Positions 28,345-39,943 of a stretch of 64,000 nt of DNA are shown piece by piece (within the stretch, counting starts at the first letter, position 1; each line of letters begins with the position of its first letter). The stretch spans positions 2,825 through 66,824 of the forward strand of contig NZ_DASXHA010000141.1 in NCBI RefSeq assembly GCF_036488795.1, in the 5' to 3' direction. Source of the stretch: Paraburkholderia sp. Lineage in GTDB: Bacteria; Pseudomonadota; Gammaproteobacteria; Burkholderiales; Burkholderiaceae. The notes under the pieces were generated by a model, which was not told where the DNA came from, did not search any database, and was given only the letters and a program-made list of their open reading frames with translations. A program made the translations under genes and the position numbers.

Positions 28345-31230
28345 ATGGATCAACGCGTGGAACAAATCCGTATCCGTGGGGCTCGTACCCACAACCTGAA
28401 GAACGTCAGTCTCGACCTGCCACGTCACAAGCTTATCGTGATCACGGGCCTGTCGGGCTCAGGCAAATCGTCGCTTGCCTTCGACACGCTCTACGCGGAA
28501 GGACAGCGGCGCTACGTCGAAAGCCTCTCTGCCTACGCGCGCCAGTTCCTGCAATTGATGGAAAAGCCCGACGTCGATCTGATCGAAGGGCTCTCCCCCG
28601 CCATTTCCATCGAACAGAAGGCTACGTCGCACAATCCGCGCTCTACGGTCGGCACCGTCACGGAGATCCACGACTACCTGCGACTTTTGTTCGCACGGGT
28701 CGGCACGCCGTATTGCCCGGACCACGAAATTCCGCTGGAAGCGCAGAGCGTCTCGCAGATGGTCGACGCCGCGCTGGCGCTGCCGGAAGACACAAAGCTG
28801 ATGATCCTCGCGCCGGTGGTGGCGAACCGCAAAGGCGAGCACGTCGAACTGTTCGAAGAAATGCAGGCGCAAGGCTTCATCCGCTTTCGGGTGCGCTCAG
28901 GCGGCGGCACGGCTAACGAGGGCGTCGCGAAGATCTACGAAGTGGACTCGCTGCCCAAACTGAAGAAGAACGACAAGCATACGATCGACGTCGTGGTCGA
29001 CCGTCTGAAAGTGCGCGCCGATATCAAGCAGCGCCTCGCCGAATCGTTCGAAACCGCCTTGCGCCTCGCCGACGGCCGCGCCATCGCGCTCGAAATGGAC
29101 ACCGACAAGGAGCATCTGTTCAGCTCCAAGTTCGCCTGCCCGATCTGCTCGTACTCGCTGCAGGAGCTCGAGCCGCGCCTGTTCTCGTTCAACAACCCGA
29201 TGGGCGCCTGCCCGGAATGCGACGGCCTCGGTCAGATCACCTTCTTCGATCCGAAACGGGTGGTCGCGCATCCGTCGCTGTCGCTCGCGGCGGGCGCCGT
29301 GAAGGGCTGGGACCGGCGCAACCAGTTTTACTTCCAGATGCTGCAAAGTCTCGCGGCGTTCTACGAGTTCGACATCGACGAGGCCTTCGAAGATCTGACG
29401 GAGAAGGTCAAGAAGATCCTGCTGTTCGGCTCGGGCAAGCAGACCATCCCGTTCTCGTACATCAACGAACGGGGCCGCGCATCGATTCGCGAGCACGTGT
29501 TCGAGGGGATCATCCCGAATCTCGAACGCCGCTACCGCGAGACCGATTCGGTCGCGGTGCGTGAAGAACTCGCCAAATACCAGAACAACCAGCCCTGCCC
29601 GGCCTGCGCCGGCACCCGTCTGCGACGCGAAGCGCGCTTCGTGCGGATCGGCGCGGACGGCGACGCGCGCGGCATCTTCGAAATCAGCGGCTGGCCCTTG
29701 CGCGACGCGCTCGGCTATTTCCAGACGCTGCGACTGGAAGGCTCGAAGCGCGAAATCGCCGACAAGGTGGTCAAGGAAATCGTCGCGCGGCTGATGTTCC
29801 TGAATAACGTGGGCCTCGACTATCTGTCCCTCGAGCGCAGCGCGGAAACGCTATCCGGCGGGGAGGCGCAGCGCATCCGGCTGGCCTCGCAAATCGGCTC
29901 CGGTCTGACGGGCGTGATGTACGTGCTGGACGAACCGTCGATCGGCCTGCATCAGCGCGACAACGACCGTCTGATCTCGACCTTGAAGCACCTGCGCGAT
30001 CTGGGCAATTCGGTGATCGTCGTCGAACACGACGAGGACATGATCCGCATGGCCGACTACGTGGTCGACATGGGACCCGGTGCCGGCGAACACGGCGGCA
30101 TGGTGATCGCCGAAGGCACGCCGAACCAGGTGCAGGCGGACGCGGCTTCGATCACCGGTCAGTATCTGTCCGGCGCGCGCTGCATCGAGTATCCGGACGA
30201 ACGCAAGGAGCCGGACGAGCGCCGTCTGCGTATCGTCGAGGCGTACGGCAACAATCTGCAGCGCGTGACGCTCGATCTGCCGGTGGGCCTCCTCACCTGC
30301 ATCACCGGCGTGTCCGGCTCGGGCAAGTCCACCCTGATCAACGACACGCTGTATCACGCGGTCGCGCATCACCTGTATGGCTCGTCGGCCGAGCCGGCGC
30401 CGTATGAAGCGATCGAAGGCCTCGAGCACTTCGACAAGGTCATCAACGTCGACCAGTCGCCGATCGGCCGCACGCCACGCTCGAATCCGGCCACTTACAC
30501 CGGCGTGTTCACGCCGATCCGCGAACTGTTCGCGGGCGTGCCGGCTGCCAAGGAACGCGGCTACGACCCGGGCCGCTTCTCGTTCAACGTGAAGGGCGGC
30601 CGCTGCGAAGCGTGCCAGGGCGACGGCGTGCTGAAGGTGGAAATGCACTTCTTGCCCGACGTGTACGTGCCTTGCGACGTCTGTCACGGCAAGCGCTACA
30701 ACCGCGAAACGTTGGAAGTCCAGTACAAGGGCAAAAATATCAGCGAAGTGCTGGAGCTCACCGTCGAAAACGCGTACGAGTTCTTCAAGGCAGTGCCGGT
30801 GGTGGCGCGCAAGCTGAAAACGCTGCTGGATGTGGGGCTGGGCTACATTCGCCTGGGGCAATCGGCAACCACCTTGTCGGGCGGCGAAGCGCAGCGAGTC
30901 AAACTCTCGCTGGAACTGAGCAAGCGCGATACCGGTCGGACACTGTATATCCTCGACGAACCGACCACAGGTCTGCACTTCCACGATATCGCGCTGCTGC
31001 TGGAAGTGATTCACCGTTTGCGTGATCAGGGCAATACTGTCGTGATCATCGAGCATAATCTCGATGTGATCAAAACTGCCGACTGGCTGATCGATCTCGG
31101 TCCCGAAGGCGGCGCCGGCGGCGGTCAGATCATCGCGCAAGGCACGCCGGAACAGGTCGCGAAGTCGAAGGCAAGTTTTACCGGTAAATACCTGGCGCCG
31201 TTGTTGAAACGCGCTTCCGCCAAAAAGTGA
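28345..31230 (+). CDS. uvrA: Excinuclease ABC subunit A
   Basis: [20 protein letters not shown], zinc fingers, two LSGGEAQR signatures; start ATG 28345 or GTG 28357. Confidence 0.99.
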   Translation: MDQRVEQIRIRGARTHNLKNVSLDLPRHKLIVITGLSGSGKSSLAFDTLYAEGQRRYVESLSAYARQFLQLMEKPDVDLIEGLSPAISIEQKATSHNPRSTVGTVTEIHDYLRLLFARVGTPYCPDHEIPLEAQSVSQMVDAALALPEDTKLMILAPVVANRKGEHVELFEEMQAQGFIRFRVRSGGGTANEGVAKIYEVDSLPKLKKNDKHTIDVVVDRLKVRADIKQRLAESFETALRLADGRAIALEMDTDKEHLFSSKFACPICSYSLQELEPRLFSFNNPMGACPECDGLGQITFFDPKRVVAHPSLSLAAGAVKGWDRRNQFYFQMLQSLAAFYEFDIDEAFEDLTEKVKKILLFGSGKQTIPFSYINERGRASIREHVFEGIIPNLERRYRETDSVAVREELAKYQNNQPCPACAGTRLRREARFVRIGADGDARGIFEISGWPLRDALGYFQTLRLEGSKREIADKVVKEIVARLMFLNNVGLDYLSLERSAETLSGGEAQRIRLASQIGSGLTGVMYVLDEPSIGLHQRDNDRLISTLKHLRDLGNSVIVVEHDEDMIRMADYVVDMGPGAGEHGGMVIAEGTPNQVQADAASITGQYLSGARCIEYPDERKEPDERRLRIVEAYGNNLQRVTLDLPVGLLTCITGVSGSGKSTLINDTLYHAVAHHLYGSSAEPAPYEAIEGLEHFDKVINVDQSPIGRTPRSNPATYTGVFTPIRELFAGVPAAKERGYDPGRFSFNVKGGRCEACQGDGVLKVEMHFLPDVYVPCDVCHGKRYNRETLEVQYKGKNISEVLELTVENAYEFFKAVPVVARKLKTLLDVGLGYIRLGQSATTLSGGEAQRVKLSLELSKRDTGRTLYILDEPTTGLHFHDIALLLEVIHRLRDQGNTVVIIEHNLDVIKTADWLIDLGPEGGAGGGQIIAQGTPEQVAKSKASFTGKYLAPLLKRASAKK

Positions 31231-31265
31231 TGCTGCAACCTTTGGGTTGGATACGGAAATAAGCC

Positions 31266-32351
31266 ATGACCAAGCGTAACGAGGCGCCCGAAGACGGGCA
31301 GGTGCAGGATCTGCGCCCTCGCCCGGTCAGGCTGACGAGCGACATGAGCCTGCCCAAACTGTCGGCGGTGGAAATTGGCAGCTACCTGGCCATGCTGCTC
31401 GGCATGTGGGCGGTGCTCGATCTCAACCTGCTCGGCGCATTGCTGGCCGGCCTGCTGGTGTATCAGCTCATCCAGACTCTCGCGCCGCGTATCGAAAAGC
31501 ATATGTCCAGCGGGCGGGCGCGCTGGCTGTCGGTGGTGATTCTCTCGGTGGTGATCGTCGGCAGCCTGACGGGGCTCGTGATCGGCCTCATCGATCATTT
31601 CGAGGGCGACGTGCCCAGCGTGCAGAAACTGCTCGATCAAGCCATGCAGCTGATCGACGAGGCGCGCAGCCGGATTCCGCAATTCGTCGCCAACTATCTG
31701 CCGGTCGACGCCGACCAGATGAAAAGCCGTGCAGCCGAACTCATGCACACGCACGCGGGCATGTTGCAGCAAGGCGGCAAGAATGCGGCGCGCGTCTTCA
31801 CCCATATCCTGATCGGCATGATCATTGGCGCGATCATCGCAGTGGGCGCGCAGCGGCCCATGCAGCGGCTGCCGCTGTCCACGGCCTTCGTCACGCGCGT
31901 GACGCGCTTCTCCGACGCCTTTCGGCGCATCGTGTTCGCGCAGGTGAAGATTTCGGCCATCAACGCAACCTTCACCGGCCTGTTCCTGCTGGTGCTGCTG
32001 CCCATCTTCCACGACCGCCTGCCGCTCTCGAAGACGCTGGTGCTCGTCACGTTCATCGTCGGCTTGCTGCCGGTGATCGGCAATCTGATCTCCAACACCA
32101 TCATCGTCGCCGTGGCGCTCTCGGTCAGCTTCCCGGCGGCCACCATGTCGCTCGTGTTTCTGATCCTGATCCACAAGCTCGAATACTTCCTGAACGCGCG
32201 CATTGTCGGCGGTCAGATCGAGGCGCGTGCGTGGGAATTGCTGATCGCGATGCTGATCATGGAAGCGGCGTTCGGCATCCCCGGCGTGATTGCCGCGCCG
32301 ATTTTCTACGCGTACATCAAGCGGGAACTGATTTATTTGCGGCTGGTTTGA
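31266..32351 (+). CDS. AI-2E family transporter
   Basis: Multi-TM; AQVKISAIN, GLLPVIGNL, EAAFGIPGVIAAP. Confidence 0.85.
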   Translation: MTKRNEAPEDGQVQDLRPRPVRLTSDMSLPKLSAVEIGSYLAMLLGMWAVLDLNLLGALLAGLLVYQLIQTLAPRIEKHMSSGRARWLSVVILSVVIVGSLTGLVIGLIDHFEGDVPSVQKLLDQAMQLIDEARSRIPQFVANYLPVDADQMKSRAAELMHTHAGMLQQGGKNAARVFTHILIGMIIGAIIAVGAQRPMQRLPLSTAFVTRVTRFSDAFRRIVFAQVKISAINATFTGLFLLVLLPIFHDRLPLSKTLVLVTFIVGLLPVIGNLISNTIIVAVALSVSFPAATMSLVFLILIHKLEYFLNARIVGGQIEARAWELLIAMLIMEAAFGIPGVIAAPIFYAYIKRELIYLRLV

Positions 32352-32380
32352 ACGCGTGAGCGAGGCCCAAACCGGTCCAT

Positions 32381-32421
32381 AAAAAAGGCTGCCTGTCATG
32401 ACGACAGGCAGCCTTTTTTTT
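32381..32421. terminator. Bidirectional intrinsic terminator
   Basis: AAAAAAGGCTGCCTGTC-ATGAC-GACAGGCAGCCTTTTTTTT between convergent genes. Confidence 0.92.
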
Positions 32422-32444
32422 GCGCAGCAGCCCGACCGGTCAGA

Positions 32445-33314
32445 TCAACGGAACACCACCGTCTTGCTGCCGTTCAGCACGATGCGGTGTTCGACATGCC
32501 ACTTCACCGCGCGCGCAAGCGTCACGCATTCGACGTCGCGGCCAATCGCCGTCAATTGCTCCGGCGTCATGCTGTGGTCGACGCGCTCCACTTCCTGCTC
32601 GATGATCGGACCTTCATCCAGATCCGTCGTCACATAGTGCGCGGTCGCGCCGATCAGCTTCACGCCGCGGTCGAACGCCTGGTAGTACGGCTTCGCGCCC
32701 TTGAAGCTGGGCAGGAACGAGTGGTGGATATTGATCGCGCGGCCCTGCAGGCGCTCGCACAGCTGCGGCGACAGAATCTGCATGTAGCGCGCAAGCACGA
32801 CCAGATCCGCCTGATGCTCGTCGATTACCTCGAGTACGCGCGCTTCCTGGGCAGCCTTCGCGTCCGGCGCAGACGACGTCAACGGGAAGTGATGGAACGG
32901 AATGTCGTAGCTCGCCGCGAGCTGATAAAACTCTTTGTGGTTCGAAATGATGGCCGCAATCTCGATGCCCAACTGACCGGTGCGGTAGCGGAACAGCAAG
33001 TCGTTCAGGCAATGGCCGATCTTCGACACCATGATCACCACGCGCGGCTTCACGTTCGCGTCGTGCAACTCCCAGCGCATGCCGAACTGCCCGGCGAGCG
33101 TGCCGAACGAAGCGCGCAGCGCGTCGAGCCCCGGGTCGCCGCCCACCTGCTGGAAATGCACGCGCATGAAGAACTCACCGGTATGGCTGTCGCCGAACTG
33201 CGCGGAGTCCAGAATGTTGCTGCCGCGCTCGAACAGGAAGCCCGAGACCGCATGCACGATGCCGGGCCGGTCGGCGCACGACAGTTTGAGAATAAAGCTG
33301 TGATCGGTCGACAT
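32445..33314 (-). CDS. purU: Formyltetrahydrofolate deformylase
   Basis: ACT domain LSCADRPGIV, VLARYMQILS, INIHHSFLPSFKGAKPY, LDEGPII. Confidence 0.97.
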   Translation of the reverse strand: MSTDHSFILKLSCADRPGIVHAVSGFLFERGSNILDSAQFGDSHTGEFFMRVHFQQVGGDPGLDALRASFGTLAGQFGMRWELHDANVKPRVVIMVSKIGHCLNDLLFRYRTGQLGIEIAAIISNHKEFYQLAASYDIPFHHFPLTSSAPDAKAAQEARVLEVIDEHQADLVVLARYMQILSPQLCERLQGRAINIHHSFLPSFKGAKPYYQAFDRGVKLIGATAHYVTTDLDEGPIIEQEVERVDHSMTPEQLTAIGRDVECVTLARAVKWHVEHRIVLNGSKTVVFR

Positions 33315-33409
33315 GACCTGGGTGACTCCCTTCTTCAATGCGTATTTCGTTCAGCGCGAAGCGTAACTGCTGCGCACTGTTGATCTGCTGACCATTGCCT
33401 CGCGCCTGG

Positions 33410-34258
33410 TTACGCCACGGCTGGCGGCACGAACAACGCGTCGATTCCTGCGCACGCGTCTGCGTCGATCCAGCGGCGGCGCAGCAGGCAATCCAGCGTG
33501 GCGAGGCTGGCGTCGACGGTCATGGCATCTTCTTCGATCCAGCGCGCCACTTCGTCGATCCGCGCAAGCCGGTGTTCGCCTACTTCGCCATCCTGATTAC
33601 GCGGCGCGAAATCTTCCGGCAACGCAAGGTCGTAGACGAAGATCTGCTCGGCCTGCGTGCCTTCCGGCAGCGATTGCAGCACATGCAGCGTGCGGCCCGG
33701 CGCGGCGCGCGCCGCGATCTCTTCAGGAATGCCCGCTTCTTCCCAGCACTCCTTGACGAGGGTGGCCGCAATGCCGAAGCCCCAGCCGATTCCGCCGGCC
33801 ACCACGTTGTCCAGCATGCCCGGATCGGTTGCCTTCGTGTCGCTGCGGCGCGCGATCCACAGTTGCGGCGCGCCGTCCGCGTATTCTACGACGCCGTTCA
33901 GATGCACCGCGTAGGTCATCGTGCCGAAGAAGCGCGACGCGGCGCGTTCGATGTACGCGAGCGGCGCTGCGTCGAAGGCGTTGCGGATCGCGTACGTCTC
34001 GTCGCGCCAGCCCGGAATGCGCCCTTCCGCGGCGAGCGCGCCGATCACCGCACCCAACGCGGCGCTGCGCAGATCGACCGAAGCGAAGCCGGACGACAAC
34101 ACGACGCCCGCCGCGTCGATCGCGAACACATCCGGCCAGCGGGCCAGCAACGGCACGTCGGCACGACGGATCCAGCCGACCTGCTGAGCGTCGATGTAAA
34201 ACGGCTGATGCGCTTGCGCATCGAAGCCGCGTGCTTTGGTAATGCAAGGCAAAGTCAT
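33410..34258 (-). CDS. NUDIX hydrolase with DUF4743-type N-terminus
   Basis: GWRDE, ERAASRFFG, AVHLNG, LDNVVAGG...KECWEEAGI Nudix box. Confidence 0.88.
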   Translation of the reverse strand: MTLPCITKARGFDAQAHQPFYIDAQQVGWIRRADVPLLARWPDVFAIDAAGVVLSSGFASVDLRSAALGAVIGALAAEGRIPGWRDETYAIRNAFDAAPLAYIERAASRFFGTMTYAVHLNGVVEYADGAPQLWIARRSDTKATDPGMLDNVVAGGIGWGFGIAATLVKECWEEAGIPEEIAARAAPGRTLHVLQSLPEGTQAEQIFVYDLALPEDFAPRNQDGEVGEHRLARIDEVARWIEEDAMTVDASLATLDCLLRRRWIDADACAGIDALFVPPAVA

Positions 34259-34277
34259 GAAGGCTCCCGCACAAAAC

Positions 34278-34892
34278 TCAATCGCGCAACGCCACGCGAA
34301 TCCCGATCGCGATGAAGGTCGCGCCCGCCAGACGATCGAGCCACACGCCGACGCGCGGACGGCGCTTCAGCCAGCTGCCGATCATCCCCGCGCACACGCC
34401 GAACAGCGAAAACACCACGACGGTCTGCAGCATGAACAGCAGGCCCAGTTCGAGCATCTGCAGCGGCACGCTTTGCACGCCATGCGCGTCGATGAACTGC
34501 GGCAGGAACACGAGGAAGAACAGCGTCACCTTCGGATTCATCATGTTGCCGAACACGCTCTGACGAAACACCGACCATAGCGCCTGCGGCGGGCGCTCAT
34601 GCGCGGTGGCCAACCCCTGGCTGCGCAACGCCTTGATGCCGATCCACACCAGATAGGCGGCGCCCGCGTACTTGATGGCCTGGAAAGCCAGCGGCGACGA
34701 GCGCAACAGCGCAGCCACGCCGAGCGTAGCGAGCGTGGTATGAAACGTGATGCCGGCCGCAAAGCCGAGCGCGGCCACGAGCCCTGCCGCACGGCCCTGC
34801 GAGATGCCGCGTGCGAGCACCTGCAGATTGTCGGGGCCGGGCGCCAGCGTGATGGCTATCGAGGTGGCGAGGAACAGAAGGAAGTTGGGCAT
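34278..34892 (-). CDS. LysE/RhtB-family amino acid exporter
   Basis: LAPGPDNL, GAAYLVWIG, NPKVTLFF. Confidence 0.92.
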   Translation of the reverse strand: MPNFLLFLATSIAITLAPGPDNLQVLARGISQGRAAGLVAALGFAAGITFHTTLATLGVAALLRSSPLAFQAIKYAGAAYLVWIGIKALRSQGLATAHERPPQALWSVFRQSVFGNMMNPKVTLFFLVFLPQFIDAHGVQSVPLQMLELGLLFMLQTVVVFSLFGVCAGMIGSWLKRRPRVGVWLDRLAGATFIAIGIRVALRD

Positions 34893-34931
34893 GCTGCTTA
34901 CCTTGTCGCAAATCCGTCGCGGGGTTGGACT

Positions 34932-35498
34932 CTAGTGACCGCCGAACTCCGTCACCGTATACAGCGGCAGGCCCGCCGAGCGCAACAGGCCGGAGCCGCC
35001 CAGGTCCGGCAGATCGATGATCGCCGCGCCTTCGACCACCACCGCGCCCAGCCGCTCCAGCAGCTTCTTGCCGGCCATCATGGTGCCGCCGGTGGCAATC
35101 AGATCGTCGACGATCACGATCCGGTCGCCCGGCTTGCAGGCGTCCTCGTGGATCTCCACGGTCGCCGTGCCGTATTCGAGCTGATACGACTCGGACGCGG
35201 TCTTGTACGGCAGCTTGCCCTGCTTGCGGATCGGGATGAAGCCGAGATTCAGTTCATACGCGAGCACCGGCCCGAAGATGAAGCCGCGCGCATCGAGGCC
35301 GGCGACGTAGTCGAGCTGTGCGTCGATATAGCGCTGCACGAACAGGTCGATCAGCACGCGAAACGTCTTCGGCTGCTGCAGCAGCGGCGTGATGTCGCGA
35401 AACTGCACGCCGGCCTGCGGCCAGTCAGGCACGGTGCGAATCTGGCTTTTGACGAACGCAGCCGCATCGAGCGGAGCGCTCGCAAGCGCGTTGGACAT
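34932..35498 (-). CDS. apt: Adenine phosphoribosyltransferase
   Basis: [35 protein letters not shown]. Confidence 0.97.
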   Translation of the reverse strand: MSNALASAPLDAAAFVKSQIRTVPDWPQAGVQFRDITPLLQQPKTFRVLIDLFVQRYIDAQLDYVAGLDARGFIFGPVLAYELNLGFIPIRKQGKLPYKTASESYQLEYGTATVEIHEDACKPGDRIVIVDDLIATGGTMMAGKKLLERLGAVVVEGAAIIDLPDLGGSGLLRSAGLPLYTVTEFGGH

Positions 35499-35630
35499 GA
35501 TGACTCCCGACGGGTCCCCTTGGACCCAGGTAAAAGGCTTAAATGACTGGTGCGGCAATGCTGCGCTGCGCGCTTCTTACGACTTGCGGTACGTCCGCCG
35601 GCCGCGCGCGGCGAACTGCAAACACCCGTT

Positions 35631-37637
35631 TCAGGCAGCGGTGGCCGCGCCCGCCCGGCGATGCCGCGACAGGCGCTCTTCGGCGGCGGCGAGCGCTTCG
35701 GGCAAGCCGCGCAACACGACGATGTCGCTCGCGCGCAGCCTGGTCGACGGGTCCGGCTCCACGCCGCGAATGCCGTGACGGCGGATCGCCGTCACCTCGA
35801 CGCCGAGCTCGAACAGCCCCAGCTCCGCCAGCGTGCGGCCCACCGCGTCCGCGCTTTCGTCGACCGGCACCGATTGTAGTCGCACCTGCTCATGGCTGTC
35901 GTCGTCGCCGACGTCGTCGGCGCCGTGGAAGTAGCCGCGCAGCAGACTATAACGCTCGTCGCGCATCTCCTCGACACGGCGCACCACCCGCCGCATCGGC
36001 ACGCCCATCAGCACCAGCGTGTGCGATGCGAGCATCAGGCTGCCTTCGACGATCTCCGGAATCACCTCCGTCGCGCCCGCCGCCAGCAGCTTTTCGAGGT
36101 CGGCGTCATCCACGGTACGCACGATCACCGGCAGGGTCGGCTCCAGTTCGTGGATGTTGTGCAGCACGCGCAGCGCCGACGGCGTATTCGCGTAGGTGAT
36201 GGCCACCACGGCCGCGCGGTGGATACCCGCCGCCAGCAGCGACTCGCGCCGCCCGGCATCGCCGAACACCACGGACTCGCCCGCCGCCGCGGCCGCCGTG
36301 ACGCGATCGGGGTCCAGATCCAGCGCCACATACGACAGCCCTTCGTGTTCGAGCATGCGCGCGAGGTTCTGCCCGGCGCGGCCGTAGCCGCAGATGATCG
36401 TGTGGCCGCTTTGCTTCAGGCTTTGCGTGGCGATCCGGGTCATCTGCAAAGACTGCATCATCCATTCGGTCGAGGACAGCCGCAGCACGATCCGATCCGC
36501 ATTCTGGATCATGAAGGGCGCGGCCAGCATGGAAAGCAGCATGGCGGCGAGGATCGCCTGCAACAGCGTGGCATCCACCAGATGCTTGTCGAGAATCAGG
36601 TTCAACAGCACGAAGCCGAATTCGCCGGCCTGGGCAAGCCCGATGGCGGTGCGCATCGCCACGCCCGGGGAGGCGCCGAACAGGCGCGACAACGCGGTGA
36701 TCATCACCACCTTCAACACGATCGGCCCAATCAGGAAGGCCAGCACGATCAACGGATGCGTCCAGATCACGACCGGATTGAGCAGCATGCCGGTGGTGAC
36801 GAAAAAGAGGCCGAGCAACACGTCGCGGAACGGCTTGATGTCTTCCTCGACCTGATGCCGGTAAGGCGTCTCGGCAATCAGCATGCCCGCGATGAACGCG
36901 CCGAGCGCCAGCGACAAGCCGAACTTGTCCGTGATGAACGCCGACCCGAGCGTCACGAGCAGCAGGTTCAGGATGAACAGCTCCTGCGAGCGGCGCCGCG
37001 CGACCACATTGAACCAGCGCGTCATGAAGCGCTGCCCGACGATCAGCAGCAACGCCAGCGCAACGACGATCTTCACCGCCGCCAGTCCGAGCGACGGCAC
37101 GAGGCTCTCAGGGTTGCCGCCCAATGCCGAGATGACGATCAGGAGCGGCACCACCGCCAGATCCTGGAACAGCAGCACGCCGAAGATGTTGCGGCCATGC
37201 TCGGTTTCGATCTCGAGCCGGTCCGCCAGCATCTTGCTGACGATTGCCGTGGACGACATGGCGAGCGCGCCGCCCAGCGCGACGCTGCCCTGCCACGTGA
37301 TGTGCATCCAGCGCTCCAGCACGAAGCCGAGCGCGACCGCCACCGCAACCGTGCCAATCACCTGCAGAAGGCCCAGACCGAACACCAGCCGGCGCATTGC
37401 GCGCAGCTTGGCGAGCGAAAACTCCAGGCCGATCGAGAACATCAGGAACACCACCCCGAATTCGGCCAGATTCTGCGCGCCCCGCGAATCCGGAACGATG
37501 CCGAACGCGTGCGGTCCGACGACGATGCCCACCGTCAGGTAGCCGAGCATGGGCGGCAGGTTCAGGAAACGGAAAACGACGACGCCCGCCACCGATGCCA
37601 GCAGCAGGAACAGCGTCATTTCGAGCGGGGAAATCAT
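35631..37637 (-). CDS. CPA2 cation:proton antiporter with TrkA-N and TrkA-C domains (Kef-type)
   Basis: AEFGVVFLMFSIGLE, LLFQDL, AQAGEFGFV, ICGYGRAG, C-terminal RCK-C. Confidence 0.93.
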   Translation of the reverse strand: MISPLEMTLFLLLASVAGVVVFRFLNLPPMLGYLTVGIVVGPHAFGIVPDSRGAQNLAEFGVVFLMFSIGLEFSLAKLRAMRRLVFGLGLLQVIGTVAVAVALGFVLERWMHITWQGSVALGGALAMSSTAIVSKMLADRLEIETEHGRNIFGVLLFQDLAVVPLLIVISALGGNPESLVPSLGLAAVKIVVALALLLIVGQRFMTRWFNVVARRRSQELFILNLLLVTLGSAFITDKFGLSLALGAFIAGMLIAETPYRHQVEEDIKPFRDVLLGLFFVTTGMLLNPVVIWTHPLIVLAFLIGPIVLKVVMITALSRLFGASPGVAMRTAIGLAQAGEFGFVLLNLILDKHLVDATLLQAILAAMLLSMLAAPFMIQNADRIVLRLSSTEWMMQSLQMTRIATQSLKQSGHTIICGYGRAGQNLARMLEHEGLSYVALDLDPDRVTAAAAAGESVVFGDAGRRESLLAAGIHRAAVVAITYANTPSALRVLHNIHELEPTLPVIVRTVDDADLEKLLAAGATEVIPEIVEGSLMLASHTLVLMGVPMRRVVRRVEEMRDERYSLLRGYFHGADDVGDDDSHEQVRLQSVPVDESADAVGRTLAELGLFELGVEVTAIRRHGIRGVEPDPSTRLRASDIVVLRGLPEALAAAEERLSRHRRAGAATAA

Positions 37638-37772
37638 CTGAAAGCGTCCTGGTTCGTCGTCGTAACCATCGCACGCAAACCGCCGTGCGACAAGGTTGAG
37701 GGGCCGGTTAGGGCAACGGCCGGGCAGAGCGCGCCCGGCGCGGCGAACAAACGCCTTTGCTATACTCCGCGA

Positions 37773-38756
37773 ATGATAGCGAAAATCAATGGCGACCGGG
37801 CACTTGCGCTTGCTCGCGACGTGCTCGACATCGAAGCGGACGCCGTGCGCGCGCTTCGCGATCAACTCGACGAAGGTTTCGTCGAGGCGATCGATTTCAT
37901 CTTAAGCTGCCGCGGCCGCGTGGTCGTCTCGGGCATTGGCAAATCAGGGCATGTGGCCCGCAAGCTGGCGGCCACCTTCGCCAGCACCGGCACGCCCGCC
38001 TTCTTCGTGCATCCGGCCGAAGCGAGCCACGGCGACCTCGGCATGGTCACCGCCGACGACGTGTTCGTGGCCATGTCCAATTCCGGCGAATCCGAAGAGC
38101 TGATCGCGATCCTGCCGCTCGTCAAGCGCCTCGGCTCCAAGCTGATTGCGATCACCGGCAAGCCCGGTTCGAGCCTCGCGCAACTGGCCGACGTGCATCT
38201 GAACGCCGGCGTCGCGAAGGAAGCCTGCCCCATGAATCTCGCGCCCACCGCCAGCACCACCGCCGCGCTCGCGCTCGGCGACGCGCTGGCCGTGGCGGTG
38301 CTCGACGCACGCGGCTTCGGACCGGACGACTTTGCGCGTTCGCATCCGGGCGGTGCACTCGGCCGGCGCCTGCTCACTTATGTGCGCGACGTCATGCGTA
38401 CCGGCGATCAGGTGCCGATGGTGATGCCCGAGTCCACAGTACGCGACGCGCTGTTTCAGCTGACCGCCAAGCGCATGGGCATGACGGCGATCGTCGACGA
38501 GAACCAGCGCGTCAAAGGCATCTTCACCGACGGCGACCTGCGCCGCGTGCTCGAACGCAGCGGCGACTTCCGCGCGCTGCCGATCGCCTCCGTGATGACC
38601 GCCGGCCCGCGCACCATCGGTCCGGATCATCTGGCCGTCGAAGCGGTGGAACTGATGGAGCGCCATCGCATCAACCAGATGCTGGTGGTCGACGACACCG
38701 GCAAGCTGATTGGCGCGCTCAATATGCACGACCTTTTCTCGAAGAAGGTGATCTGA
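37773..38756 (+). CDS. kdsD: Arabinose-5-phosphate isomerase
   Basis: SGIGKSGH, ASTGTPAFFVHPAEASHGDLG, C-terminal CBS pair; true start MIAKING. Confidence 0.96.
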   Translation: MIAKINGDRALALARDVLDIEADAVRALRDQLDEGFVEAIDFILSCRGRVVVSGIGKSGHVARKLAATFASTGTPAFFVHPAEASHGDLGMVTADDVFVAMSNSGESEELIAILPLVKRLGSKLIAITGKPGSSLAQLADVHLNAGVAKEACPMNLAPTASTTAALALGDALAVAVLDARGFGPDDFARSHPGGALGRRLLTYVRDVMRTGDQVPMVMPESTVRDALFQLTAKRMGMTAIVDENQRVKGIFTDGDLRRVLERSGDFRALPIASVMTAGPRTIGPDHLAVEAVELMERHRINQMLVVDDTGKLIGALNMHDLFSKKVI

Positions 38757-39319
38757 TGGCTGCCGCTCCCCTTACTGCCACTGAACGCGCCCGCCGCGTC
38801 AAGCTGATGATTTTCGACGTCGACGGTGTGCTGACCGACGGCGGCCTGATGTTTACCGCCGAGGGCGACACGATGAAGTCGTTCCACTCGATGGACGGCC
38901 ACGGCGCGAAGCTGTTGCGCCAAGCCGGCATCGAAACGGCGATCATCACCGGCCGCAAGTCGGGCATCGTCGCCGTGCGCGCGCAAGAGCTGAAGATCAC
39001 GCATCTTTACCAGGGCATTGAAAACAAGCCCGCGGCCTTTGCCGACCTGCTCAAGCAGACCGGCATGACGCCCGAGGAATGCGGCTACATGGGTGACGAC
39101 TGGGTAGACCTCGCGGTGATGCTGAAGGTCGGCTTTGCCGCGGCGCCCGCCAACTCGCATCCTGAAGTGATCGCGCGCGCCCACTGGGTGAGCGAAGCGC
39201 GCGGCGGCCACGGCGCGGTGCGCGAAGTGTGCGATACCCTGCTGCGCGCGCAGAACAAATACGACGCACTGCTCGCGGCAGCCTGCAGCGGCGAGCAGCA
39301 GAAGGGCCTTGTCGGATGA
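38756..39319 (+). CDS. kdsC: KDO 8-phosphate phosphatase
   Basis: FDVDGVLTDG, IITGR, YMGDDWVDL, GGHGAVRE. Confidence 0.96.
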   Translation: MAAAPLTATERARRVKLMIFDVDGVLTDGGLMFTAEGDTMKSFHSMDGHGAKLLRQAGIETAIITGRKSGIVAVRAQELKITHLYQGIENKPAAFADLLKQTGMTPEECGYMGDDWVDLAVMLKVGFAAAPANSHPEVIARAHWVSEARGGHGAVREVCDTLLRAQNKYDALLAAACSGEQQKGLVG

Positions 39320-39924
39320 ACCAGTTTCGCCTGACTTCGCTGATCCCGCTGGTCGCGATGGCCGCGCTCGCCGGCATCACGTGGTGGCTGCTGCAAGCCA
39401 CCGCGCCGCCGCCGCACGAAGGCGAGGTGAAGCCGAAGGAACACACGCCGGACTACTTCGCCGATAACTTCTCGGTGTCCGAACTGGATCAGTCCGGCGC
39501 CACGCAGTACCGGCTGACGGCCACCCATCTGATCCATTATGAAGACGACGAATTGAGCGACCTCGTCAAGCCGGCTATCCGCGCATTCCAGCCTGGCAAG
39601 CCGATCGTCACGGCAACCGGCGACACCGGCAAGGTGAACGGCGACGCGTCGATCGTCGATTTGTACGACAACGCCCGCATCCTGCGCGCCGCCGGCGACG
39701 GCGACCCGCAGATGCAGGCCGATTCCCAGCATTTTCGGGTGCTGGTCAACGACGATGTGATCGAGACCGAAAAGCCGGTTAAACTTCAGCGCGGCCTGTC
39801 TGTCATGACGGCCAGCGGCATGAACTACAACAACGTCACCCGGGTTATGCAGCTGTTCGGCAACGTCCGCGGCGCGATTGCCGCGTCCGACGCCGCCGGC
39901 AGCTCCCTGAAGCAACCCGGGTAA
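39316..39924 (+). CDS. lptC: LPS export protein LptC
   Basis: Single N-terminal TM, PDYF motif, position kdsC-lptC-lptA. Confidence 0.9.
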   Translation: MNQFRLTSLIPLVAMAALAGITWWLLQATAPPPHEGEVKPKEHTPDYFADNFSVSELDQSGATQYRLTATHLIHYEDDELSDLVKPAIRAFQPGKPIVTATGDTGKVNGDASIVDLYDNARILRAAGDGDPQMQADSQHFRVLVNDDVIETEKPVKLQRGLSVMTASGMNYNNVTRVMQLFGNVRGAIAASDAAGSSLKQPG

Positions 39925-39943
39925 TCCATCTCAGCGTGACTGC

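Noticed and set aside
35892-38756. 954-aa ORF suggesting a giant KdsD fusion
   Set aside because: The first 627 codons are antisense to the CPA2 antiporter; KdsD starts at 37773.
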